Positions 1-8,379 of a stretch of 64,000 bases of DNA are shown one piece after another. The stretch spans positions 1,018-65,017 of the forward strand of contig CALHAM010000024.1 of NCBI GenBank assembly GCA_937934275.1, in the 5' to 3' direction. A program made the position numbers and the translations under genes. Under the pieces are notes generated by a model that had not been told where the DNA came from, ran no database searches, and was given only the letters and a program-made list of their open reading frames with translations. The stretch's first letter is position 1. Every line of letters starts with the position of its first letter. Source of the DNA: an uncultured Saprospiraceae bacterium. Lineage in GTDB: Bacteria > Bacteroidota > Bacteroidia > Chitinophagales > Saprospiraceae.

Positions 1-8
1 TATCTTTG
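1..8 (+). promoter_or_regulatory. Candidate Bacteroidota sigma-A -7 element (TAnnTTTG) for the peptidase gene
   Basis: TATCTTTG at the window edge matches TAnnTTTG, with 46 nt to the ATG at 55. The -33 region lies outside the window. Confidence 0.3.
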
Positions 9-54
9 TCCCGTTATTCGAGGTGCTTCGGTTCTTCAACAGATCCTTCAAGTT

Positions 55-2226
55 ATGCGCAAGATTTTTATTTTGAGTTGTTTATGGCTTCTAACTTTGA
101 TGGCTTGGGCGCAGTCGATTCATTGGACGCCTGCAGGCGACAGCTACTGGGAATACGAGGAGAAGCCGGGCCAAATCGTTAGAGTCACTCTACCCAATCG
201 GCAAAAAGAGGTAGTGGTGTCGGCCGAACAGTTGACACAACCAGGCGCATTAGCTCCTATGCCAGTGCGCGATTTTTTCTTTTCGGAAGATGGCACTCGG
301 GTACTCATTTATACCAATACTCAGCGCGTTTGGCGCTACGACACACGGGGTGACTATTGGGTCATTGACTTGAAAAAGAGGGAAATGCGCCAGTTGGGAA
401 AAGATCGCCCCACCTCTTCGCTCATGTTTGCCAAGTTTTCGCCCGATGGTCAGAAGGTTGCTTATGTGAGCGAGCGCAACCTCTACGTGGAAGACCTCAA
501 TACGGGAAGGGTAACCCAGCTGACGCAAACGGATGAGCGCGGCAAACTGATTAACGGTACTTTTGACTGGGTCTATGAAGAGGAGTTCGACTGTCGCGAC
601 GGCTTTCGATGGAGTCCGGATAGCCGGCAGATCGCCTATTGGCAAATAGACGCCAACCGGGTGCGCGACTTTTACATGATCAACAACATAGATTCGATAT
701 ATTCCATCGTTGTGCCGGTGGAGTATCCGAAAGTGGGCGAGCCACCCTCTCCCTATCGCATCGGCGTGGTGGATGTGGCCACAGCCCAAACGCGCTGGAT
801 GGAGTTGCCCGGCGACCCGGCTAATACTTACCTCCCTCGCATGGAATGGGCTGCCAGTTCCGCAGAATTGCTCCTCCAGCAACTCAACCGCAAACAAAAC
901 ACTAGCCAGTTACTCCTTTGCTCCGTGGCTACGGGCCAAGCTCGAGCGATTTACACCGAAACCGACAGCACTTGGATAGACCTGCAAGCCGATGGCGAGA
1001 AGAGCTACTGGGAGTGGCTCGAAGGAGGCCGGTCGTTTCTTTGGCTATCGGAAAAAGACGGCTGGCGACACGCTTATCGCATCGCGCGCAACGGCCAATC
1101 GGAGACCTTGTTAACGCCTGGCGACTACGACGTGATTCGCATCGCGCGCGTAGATGAAAGAGGCGGATACCTCTATTTTATTGCCTCGCCCGACAACGCC
1201 ACCCAGGAATACCTGTACCGCATTCGCATGGATGGTAAGAGTCGGCCGGAACGCCTTTCGCCTCCAGGACAAGCAGGAACACACGCCTACCTTATCTCGC
1301 CCAATGCGCGTTATGCCCTGCACATTTTCTCGAACCACTACACGCCGCGGGCAGAAGAGTGGATTACGCTGCCCGACCACAAGCCTCTTGACCCCAAAGA
1401 GGCCATTCCATTGGAAATCAGAGCGCCGGCGGATAAGAAAATCGAGTTTTTTCAGATAACTACTCAGGACGGTGTTACGATGGACGGATGGCTTGTGAAG
1501 CCCACCGACTTTGACTCAACGAAGCGCTATCCCATCGTCTTCTATGTCTACACCGAACCGGCAGGGGCTACCGTCCGCGATCGCTTTGGCGTCGGACGCA
1601 ACCGCCTCTACGTCGGCGACATGAGCAAGGATGGCTACATCTACGCTTCCCTCGATGGACGCGGCACGCCTGCGCCCAAGGGGCGCGCCTGGCGCAAAGC
1701 CATCTACCGCAACATTGGCATCGTCAACATCCGAGATCAGGCTATGGGCGCTCAGGCCATGTTCCGGCGGTGGCCCTGGATCGACACCTCGCGCGTAGCC
1801 GTGCACGGCTGGAGCGGCGGCGGCGCAGCCACCTTGAATCTGTTGTTCCAATACCCGGACATTTACCACACCGGCATCGCTATAGCCGCCATCAGCAACC
1901 AGCTGACCTACGACAACATCTATCAGGAGCGCTACATGGGCTTGCCGCAAGAAAACCGCGAAGACTTCTTGGCCGGCTCGCCTGTAACGCACGCTAAGAA
2001 CCTTCGAGGCAATCTATTGTACATCCACGGTACTGCTGACGACAATGTACACTATCAAAATGCCGAAATCCTCATCAATGAACTCATCAAACACAACAAG
2101 CAATTCCAGTTCATGGCGTACCCCAACCGCTCGCACAGCCTCTCCGAGGGCGAAGGAACAAGCCGGCATTTGGCCACCTTGTTCACTAATTTTTTAAAAA
2201 CACACTGCCCACCCGGCGGGCGCTAA
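55..2226 (+). CDS. Secreted dipeptidyl-peptidase IV / prolyl oligopeptidase family (S9B) serine peptidase
   Basis: 723-aa ORF with ATG at 55. Signal peptide MRKIFILSCLWLLTLMAWAQ. Long DPP-IV-type beta-propeller region followed by an alpha/beta-hydrolase domain with nucleophile motif HGWSGGG and downstream GTADDNVHYQN / NRSHS (Asp and His of the triad). Confidence 0.85.
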   Translation: MRKIFILSCLWLLTLMAWAQSIHWTPAGDSYWEYEEKPGQIVRVTLPNRQKEVVVSAEQLTQPGALAPMPVRDFFFSEDGTRVLIYTNTQRVWRYDTRGDYWVIDLKKREMRQLGKDRPTSSLMFAKFSPDGQKVAYVSERNLYVEDLNTGRVTQLTQTDERGKLINGTFDWVYEEEFDCRDGFRWSPDSRQIAYWQIDANRVRDFYMINNIDSIYSIVVPVEYPKVGEPPSPYRIGVVDVATAQTRWMELPGDPANTYLPRMEWAASSAELLLQQLNRKQNTSQLLLCSVATGQARAIYTETDSTWIDLQADGEKSYWEWLEGGRSFLWLSEKDGWRHAYRIARNGQSETLLTPGDYDVIRIARVDERGGYLYFIASPDNATQEYLYRIRMDGKSRPERLSPPGQAGTHAYLISPNARYALHIFSNHYTPRAEEWITLPDHKPLDPKEAIPLEIRAPADKKIEFFQITTQDGVTMDGWLVKPTDFDSTKRYPIVFYVYTEPAGATVRDRFGVGRNRLYVGDMSKDGYIYASLDGRGTPAPKGRAWRKAIYRNIGIVNIRDQAMGAQAMFRRWPWIDTSRVAVHGWSGGGAATLNLLFQYPDIYHTGIAIAAISNQLTYDNIYQERYMGLPQENREDFLAGSPVTHAKNLRGNLLYIHGTADDNVHYQNAEILINELIKHNKQFQFMAYPNRSHSLSEGEGTSRHLATLFTNFLKTHCPPGGR

Positions 2227-2350
2227 GGCGTCCGGATCTGTTATTCCTCAAGATCGAGGCAAGCGCGCATTTACGGATAGCCGGGCGCCGACAACGTTAG
2301 CAATTCACCACAAAAACTTCACCTATAACAAGTCTGATCGTTAGGCAAAT

Positions 2351-3241
2351 ATGCAGAGAACAACTCTTCTTTTCCTGTTGGCCCTTTTGTGCACAGGGCC
2401 ACTAATGGCCCAAAAGAAAAAGAAACTGGCGGCCGACTTTTCCTTTCCAGAACACCTGTCGGCACCGGCAAAAGTGGTATTTGTCAACCAATCTTTGGGT
2501 GCGGATGCTTATCTATGGGACTTTGGCGACGGCAGCACGTCGAGCGAAGCTGACCCCACTCATGTTTACAAACATTCGGGCAATTACAAAGTCAAACTCA
2601 CTGCCCTACAGGGCAAAAAAAGCAAAAGTGTGGAAAAAGTTGTTCAAGTTAAAGCCCCAGAGCGCTGCCTGGTCGAAATCGAAACTGAATACGGCACAAT
2701 GCTGGCCGAATTGTTCGCCAGCACTCCTAAGCACCGCGACAATTTCGTGAAGCTCGCCGATGAAGGCTTTTACGATGGGCTGTTGTTTCACCGCGTCATC
2801 AATGGTTTTATGATTCAAGGGGGCGACCCTCAGTCGCGCAATGCAGCGCCCGGGCAGATGCTGGGTGTGGGGGGGCCGGGCTATCAGATACCCGCTGAAT
2901 TTGTAGACTCGCTGATTCACCTCAAAGGAGCCATTGCGGCAGCGCGCACCAACAATCCCAAAAAAGAGTCGAGCGGCTCGCAATTCTACATCGTTCAGGG
3001 TGGGCCTGTAGAGGAGAGCCAACTAAACCAAATTGAAATGATGCGCGGCTTTCGCTACACACCGGAGCAACGCGAAAGCTACCGCAAGCTGGGCGGCACA
3101 CCGCATTTAGACCGCGAATACACGGTATTTGGCCGAGTCATTGAAGGGCTGGAAGTCATTGATAAGATTGCCGCCGTGGAAACCGGTCAGGCTGACCGTC
3201 CGAAGAAGGACGTATGGATGAAAGTTCGGGTGATCAAATAA
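2351..3241 (+). CDS. Secreted cyclophilin-type peptidyl-prolyl cis-trans isomerase with N-terminal PKD domain
   Basis: Signal peptide (LLFLLALLCTGPLMAQ). PKD-like segment FVNQSLGADAYLWDFGDGSTSSEADPTHVYKHSGNYKVKLTA. Cyclophilin motifs FHRVINGFMIQGGDP, SGSQFYIV and YTVFGRVIEGLEVIDKI. Confidence 0.85.
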   Translation: MQRTTLLFLLALLCTGPLMAQKKKKLAADFSFPEHLSAPAKVVFVNQSLGADAYLWDFGDGSTSSEADPTHVYKHSGNYKVKLTALQGKKSKSVEKVVQVKAPERCLVEIETEYGTMLAELFASTPKHRDNFVKLADEGFYDGLLFHRVINGFMIQGGDPQSRNAAPGQMLGVGGPGYQIPAEFVDSLIHLKGAIAAARTNNPKKESSGSQFYIVQGGPVEESQLNQIEMMRGFRYTPEQRESYRKLGGTPHLDREYTVFGRVIEGLEVIDKIAAVETGQADRPKKDVWMKVRVIK

Positions 3242-3246
3242 AACCT

Positions 3247-3254
3247 TAACTTTG
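3247..3254 (+). promoter_or_regulatory. Candidate -7 promoter element (TAnnTTTG) upstream of recJ
   Basis: TAACTTTG, 31 nt upstream of the recJ ATG at 3286. Confidence 0.35.
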
Positions 3255-3285
3255 GCATCCATCGCTTTCTCCCTTTCTCTGCTCA

Positions 3286-5022
3286 ATGATTGCGCTAGAG
3301 CCACGTTGGCGCTTTGTGGAGGCGGATGAAGCTCAAGTAGAGCAGTTGCGCCGAATGTTGGGCATTCACCCAGCCCTATGTCGAATACTGGCCCAACGCG
3401 GTGTGCACACTTTTGAGGAGGCTAAGCGCTTTTTTCGGCCATCGTTAACCGATTTGCATTCGCCCTTCGAATTGCGCGACATGGAGCGAGCGGTAGGGCG
3501 ATTGGTGAGCGCACTTGAGCGCGGCGAGCGCATCCTGCTGTACGGCGACTACGATGTGGATGGTACGACAGGTGTGGCGCTGCTGTACGCCTTTTTATCG
3601 CGCTTACACCCGCATTTGGACTACTACTTGCCCGACCGCGAACGCGAGGGCTACGGAGTTAGCCTCGCCGGCATTGAGTATGCGCACCGGACAGGAGCAT
3701 CGCTGCTTATAGCTATTGACTGCGGCATACAGGCGCATGAGCCGATAGCCATGGCCAACGAGCGCGGCATAGAGGTTATCGTATGCGACCATCACCTGCC
3801 CGAGGGGACGCTGCCGCCGGCCCATGCTGTGCTCGACCCACTCCGACCCGACTGCTCCTACCCGAACAAACACTTGAGCGGCTGCGGCATAGCCTTCAAA
3901 CTGGCGCAAGGGTTGGCCTTAGCTCAAGGAATGCCGGCCGAGGAATTGGAGGACCTGCTCGATTTTGTAGCGCTCAGCACGTGTTGCGACTTGGTGCCGT
4001 TGGTGGGTGAAAATCGCATATTGACGCATTTTGGCCTTATCCGCATCGAGCGCCAGCCCCGCACGGGCGTGTGGGCATTGCTGCAAAAGAGCCGCTGCAC
4101 GACGCCGCTCAAAGTGCGCGATGTGGTGTTTGGCCTTGGGCCGCTGCTTAACGCCGCCGGTCGCATGGGTGATGCGCGCCAGGCCGTTCGTTTGCTGCTG
4201 GCGACGGAGCGCCGAAGTGCGCTGGAGCAAGCCGCCCGGCTGGTCATCCAAAACCGCAAACGCCAGCAAATCGAGCGCGCTGCTACAGCCGCCGCCGTGC
4301 GTCAATTGAGCAGCCGGAAGCACTTTAAATCGGCAAAAAGCATCGTGCTGCTCGACCCTGCCCTACCCAAAGGTATTGTCGGCATTGTGGCCAGCCGCCT
4401 GGTAGAGCGTTTTCACCGCCCTACCGTCGTCTTGACGCAGAGCGGCGAGATGGCCGTCGGCTCAGGGCGGTCGGTGCCAGGCTTCGACCTGCACGCGGCG
4501 CTCAAGCAGTGCCAACCTCTGTTCACCTCTTTTGGCGGCCACGCCTTTGCTGCCGGCCTGCAATTGCCCGCAGCGCACGTTTCGGCATTTGCCGAGCGCT
4601 TCGAAGAAATCGTCCGAGCAAGCCTGCCCACTGAAGCAGAGCAACCTGAAATTGCCCTGTGCAGTGAACTTAAATTAGCCGATATTACGCCGGCTTTTTG
4701 GCGCACCCTTAAGCAATTTGCCCCCTTCGGACCGGGTAACATGACTCCCATTTTTTGGGCCAGGGGTGTTCGCGATACGGGCCAAAGCCGTGTCTTGCAC
4801 GCCGGACACGTGCAACTGTCGGTACAGCAAGAGTGCGGCCCTGCCTTCAGCGGCATTGGGTTCGACTTAGCCGAATGCTTCGAGAAAGTGCGCCACCAAC
4901 CCTTCGACCTCGCCTTTAGCCTACAAGAGGATACTTTTCAAGGTACCACCACGCTGCAGCTACGCGTTCGAGCACTCCGTCCAACGGAAAACAACCAAGC
5001 GGAGAGCACTCAAGCCCCATAA
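3286..5022 (+). CDS. recJ: Single-stranded-DNA-specific exonuclease RecJ
   Basis: 578 aa. DHH-family motifs LLYGDYDVDGTTG, IAIDCG and VCDHHLP, then DHHA1-type region GGHAFAAG. Size and domain order are typical of RecJ. Confidence 0.9.
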   Translation: MIALEPRWRFVEADEAQVEQLRRMLGIHPALCRILAQRGVHTFEEAKRFFRPSLTDLHSPFELRDMERAVGRLVSALERGERILLYGDYDVDGTTGVALLYAFLSRLHPHLDYYLPDREREGYGVSLAGIEYAHRTGASLLIAIDCGIQAHEPIAMANERGIEVIVCDHHLPEGTLPPAHAVLDPLRPDCSYPNKHLSGCGIAFKLAQGLALAQGMPAEELEDLLDFVALSTCCDLVPLVGENRILTHFGLIRIERQPRTGVWALLQKSRCTTPLKVRDVVFGLGPLLNAAGRMGDARQAVRLLLATERRSALEQAARLVIQNRKRQQIERAATAAAVRQLSSRKHFKSAKSIVLLDPALPKGIVGIVASRLVERFHRPTVVLTQSGEMAVGSGRSVPGFDLHAALKQCQPLFTSFGGHAFAAGLQLPAAHVSAFAERFEEIVRASLPTEAEQPEIALCSELKLADITPAFWRTLKQFAPFGPGNMTPIFWARGVRDTGQSRVLHAGHVQLSVQQECGPAFSGIGFDLAECFEKVRHQPFDLAFSLQEDTFQGTTTLQLRVRALRPTENNQAESTQAP

Positions 5023-5094
5023 CGGGTTTAATTAAAACATAACATACCGCAGGAGTTGTGTGCCCTTACCTTTACCGAGTAGGAAAGTAAGGTC

Positions 5095-6264
5095 ATGGGC
5101 TTATTAGATGCACTTAATGAAGGTATCTTCCGGCAAATACACGGCCAAAATTTGGTGTATAACACCTGTTGGGAAGACCCGCGTTGCGACCGCCAACTGC
5201 TACAGCTGCAACCCAATAGCCGAGTAGTTATGCTGACCAGTGCTGGCTGCAATGCCTTAGATTATTTGCTCGACGATCCGGCCGCCGTCTATTGCGTAGA
5301 CGTTAATCCGCGCCAAAATGCGCTCTTGGAATTCAAGATCGCCCTTTTACAAGGCAGCGATCATGCGACATTGTTTCAGTTCTTTGGCCAAGGGCGCGCC
5401 TCTAATGCGCGCGAAGTGTTTTACGATGGTGTGTTGCCGCGCCTGTCCAATGCCTTTGCGCGCCAATGGTGGGAACGGTTCATCCAGGCGTTTTCTGGCA
5501 AAGGGCTTCGGCGATCGTTTTACTGGTACGGCAGCAGTGGGGTAGCTGCTTGGTTGGTACAACAGTGGTTGCGCGCTCACCCGTCGGCTTGGTCAGCGGC
5601 CAAAAGGCTTTTTGCAGCACAAGACCAGGAAGAACAGAAACACTACTACGACCGACTGGAGCCTAAGTTCTTCAACCCACTGCTCTCGTGGGTGCTGCGC
5701 CGACACGTCTTTCAAAGTATGTTGGGCGTGCCAGAAAGCCAGCAAATGCTGGCTGCAGCCACTTATTCAAATGGGTTGGTTGGCTACTTTACCGAATGCC
5801 TGCGCCGAGTGCTGCGAAATTTGCCGCTGCAGGACAACTATTTTTGGAAACTATACTTCTACGGCCATTACTCGACAGAATGCTGCCCAAATTACCTGCG
5901 CCCAGAACACTTCGACACCCTTCGCACGCGCAGTGAGCGCTTGAGTATGCATACCAATACGCTTAGCGATTTTTTGCGCCAAACTCCCGGACAATATTCG
6001 CACTTTGTGTTGCTCGACCACCAAGATTGGATGGCTAAGGCACCGGCCCTTCGCCCCGCCTTGGAGGAGGAGTGGCGCCTTATTTTAGAAAATGCGGCCC
6101 CAGACGCTCGGGTACTGATGCGCTCTGCAGCACGCCACCTCGACTTCCTGCCGCCATTTGTGCGCGAAAGAGTTCGTTTCGATGTAGACGCTGCTGAACG
6201 GGTGCACGCGCAAGACCGCGTAGGCACTTACGCCAGCACCTGGATCGGTCAAATTCAAGCCTAA
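5095..6264 (+). CDS. BtaA-family protein (DUF3419; S-adenosylmethionine:diacylglycerol 3-amino-3-carboxypropyl transferase-like)
   Basis: 389 aa. The N-terminal signature NLVYNTCWEDPRCDRQLL...MLTSAGCNALDYLLD...VDVNPRQNALLE is the hallmark of the BtaA/DUF3419 family. No TM helices or signal peptide. Confidence 0.75.
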   Translation: MGLLDALNEGIFRQIHGQNLVYNTCWEDPRCDRQLLQLQPNSRVVMLTSAGCNALDYLLDDPAAVYCVDVNPRQNALLEFKIALLQGSDHATLFQFFGQGRASNAREVFYDGVLPRLSNAFARQWWERFIQAFSGKGLRRSFYWYGSSGVAAWLVQQWLRAHPSAWSAAKRLFAAQDQEEQKHYYDRLEPKFFNPLLSWVLRRHVFQSMLGVPESQQMLAAATYSNGLVGYFTECLRRVLRNLPLQDNYFWKLYFYGHYSTECCPNYLRPEHFDTLRTRSERLSMHTNTLSDFLRQTPGQYSHFVLLDHQDWMAKAPALRPALEEEWRLILENAAPDARVLMRSAARHLDFLPPFVRERVRFDVDAAERVHAQDRVGTYASTWIGQIQA

Positions 6265-6265
6265 C

Positions 6266-6919
6266 ATGAGCGCTTCGGAGGACCCAGCCACTACCCAGCC
6301 GCAAACCATGCAACGCTACTACCGTTGGCATGCGCGCATCTACGACGCTACGCGCTGGGCATTCCTCTTTGGCCGCCGCCGCCTGTTGCGCCTGCTGCCT
6401 GAAGAACCGAACTTGCGCCTAGTCGAAGTCGGCTGCGGCACTGGTTTCAACCTTCGGCGCTTAGCCCGCCAACACTCCAACTGGCAACTTGTCGGCATTG
6501 ATGTGTCGCAGCACATGCTCGAACGCGCCTTCAGAGCGCTCAAAGCCCACTCAAGGCGGGTCTTTTTAATAGAAAAAAACTACGGCAAAGGCCATTTTCG
6601 CTTGAAAGAACCCGCTGATGTCGTGCTGTTTTCTTATTCCCTGACCATGTTCAACCCTGGCTTCGAGGGCGCCATCGAGCAGGCCTACGACGACCTGCGG
6701 CCCGGCGGGCGCATTGCTGTCGTGGACTTTCACGACACGCCTTTCGGATGGTTTCGGAACTGGATGGGCCTCAATCACGTGCGCATGGAAGGCCACCTAT
6801 TGCCCGTGCTGAAGCAGCACTTCGACACCTCCACCTGCCAAATACGCCCTGCTTTCGGAGGGCTGTGGCGCTACTTGCTATTTGTGGGCACTAAGCCAAA
6901 CCCCGCTACACAGGGCTGA
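6266..6919 (+). CDS. Class I SAM-dependent methyltransferase (BtaB-like partner of the BtaA-family gene)
   Basis: 217 aa. SAM-binding motif I LVEVGCGTGFNL and post-I acidic residue (GIDVS). The ATG lies 1 nt after the stop of the upstream gene, implying co-translation. Confidence 0.75.
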   Translation: MSASEDPATTQPQTMQRYYRWHARIYDATRWAFLFGRRRLLRLLPEEPNLRLVEVGCGTGFNLRRLARQHSNWQLVGIDVSQHMLERAFRALKAHSRRVFLIEKNYGKGHFRLKEPADVVLFSYSLTMFNPGFEGAIEQAYDDLRPGGRIAVVDFHDTPFGWFRNWMGLNHVRMEGHLLPVLKQHFDTSTCQIRPAFGGLWRYLLFVGTKPNPATQG

Positions 6920-7001
6920 GCAGCAACCCCGAGTAGCGGGCGAGCTAAAGGCAAGCCGAAAACCCTGTCTAACCGGGCATACCTTCCAAACAATGCCCTC
7001 T

Positions 7002-8270
7002 TCAAACTGCGCGAATGGCCTCTACCGGATCCATGCGGCTGGCCTGTAGCGCCGGCAGTAGCCCCGACAACAAACCCACCACCACTGATGTAAAAATGCC
7101 AACGGCCATATTGACTGCTGACAGATGAATGTCAAAATCTAAGGCTTTGGAAATCACTATCGTAGACAGCCAGATGAACAGTAAGCCCAACGCACCACCT
7201 ACCAAACAGAGCACTGTGGCCTCAAAAAGCACTTCCAAGAGAATAAACCAGCGCTTGGCGCCAATGGCCATTTTGATACCGATAAGACTGGTGCGCTCCT
7301 TGACAGAGACGAACATGATGTTGGCCACGGAAAACATGCCGACAAGCAGGGCAAAGATGCCGATGACGAAACCCGCCGCATTGATAACGGCAAAGAGGCT
7401 GTCGAATACATTGCTCAAAATCGTGAGCGTGTTTAGCGCAAAATTGTTCTCCTCAGCGGGTCGAAGCCGCCGAGCGCTTCGTACAATGCTGGTAATTTCG
7501 TCTTTGACCGCAGAAAGTGCTACGCCTGGATTAGCCCGCACGGCAATGGTCGATTTACCTACCCACATGTTGCCCTCTCGGATGCGAAAGCCTCGGCGCG
7601 CCAAGGTTTGGCTAATGATGACGGCATTGTCGAAATCCATAATGCGCAACAGGTCATTTCCCGAGGGCATAGTTACGCCGATGACGCGCAATTTGCGCCC
7701 GCCAATTTTAACCTGTTGGTCCAAGGCGTTCATACCCGCTGGAAAGAGGGTCTCAGCAATTTTAGCGCCGATAATGCACACGTCGCTACCAGCGGCGTAT
7801 TCGTTGGGGGAGAAGAAGCGACCGCCTTCCTGAAATTCCATTCGGAAGAGGTCGCTGCAATCCTCTGTAACGCTGATGAAGAAGGCGTTTTCAACGCTTG
7901 AATTGCGCCATTTGACTGTTTTAGCGCCTAAGAACTGCCAATAGCCGACGTGAGAAGCGGTTTTCAGGCGGTTTTTGAGCATCTCGTATTCGCGGTAGCT
8001 TTGGTTGGGGCGGCGCATCCACTTCCAGAAGTTCTGTCCGGGGTCTTCTGACCAGGAGAACTTGTCGATGTAGACGACGTCGTTGCCCAATTTGGACAGG
8101 CTGCGCCGGATGTTGTCTTCCAGCGAGTCCACCGCACTCTTGACGCCGATGATGCAGAAGATACCGATAGTGATACCCAACAGCGACAGAAAGGAGCGCA
8201 TTCGATTGGCAACCAGTTGCTGCCAAGCCTGGTCGGCTCCTTCGCCGAAAATACGCAGTATTTGACGCAC
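7002..8270 (-). CDS. ABC transporter permease, FtsX/MacB-like
   Basis: 422 aa with a GTG start. N-terminal TM (RSFLSLLGITIGIFCIIGV), a large periplasmic MacB_PCD-like domain, then a C-terminal three-TM FtsX domain (SLIGIKMAIGAKRWFILLEVLFEA...). No adjacent ATPase gene. Confidence 0.8.
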   Translation of the reverse strand: MRQILRIFGEGADQAWQQLVANRMRSFLSLLGITIGIFCIIGVKSAVDSLEDNIRRSLSKLGNDVVYIDKFSWSEDPGQNFWKWMRRPNQSYREYEMLKNRLKTASHVGYWQFLGAKTVKWRNSSVENAFFISVTEDCSDLFRMEFQEGGRFFSPNEYAAGSDVCIIGAKIAETLFPAGMNALDQQVKIGGRKLRVIGVTMPSGNDLLRIMDFDNAVIISQTLARRGFRIREGNMWVGKSTIAVRANPGVALSAVKDEITSIVRSARRLRPAEENNFALNTLTILSNVFDSLFAVINAAGFVIGIFALLVGMFSVANIMFVSVKERTSLIGIKMAIGAKRWFILLEVLFEATVLCLVGGALGLLFIWLSTIVISKALDFDIHLSAVNMAVGIFTSVVVGLLSGLLPALQASRMDPVEAIRAV

Positions 8271-8379
8271 GATGGGATGGCGTTTTTAGTGAGAATAAGC
8301 GCTGCGAAGATGCGCGCCGATGGCCGTCAAGGCAGCAAAATTTCGATAAAAAGGCGCGGTGGCTCTACTACCCCATACC

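Noticed and set aside
7129-7833. 234-aa plus-strand ORF
   Set aside because: It is antisense to the FtsX/MacB-like permease and is rich in Ser/Thr/Lys/Met with no motifs.
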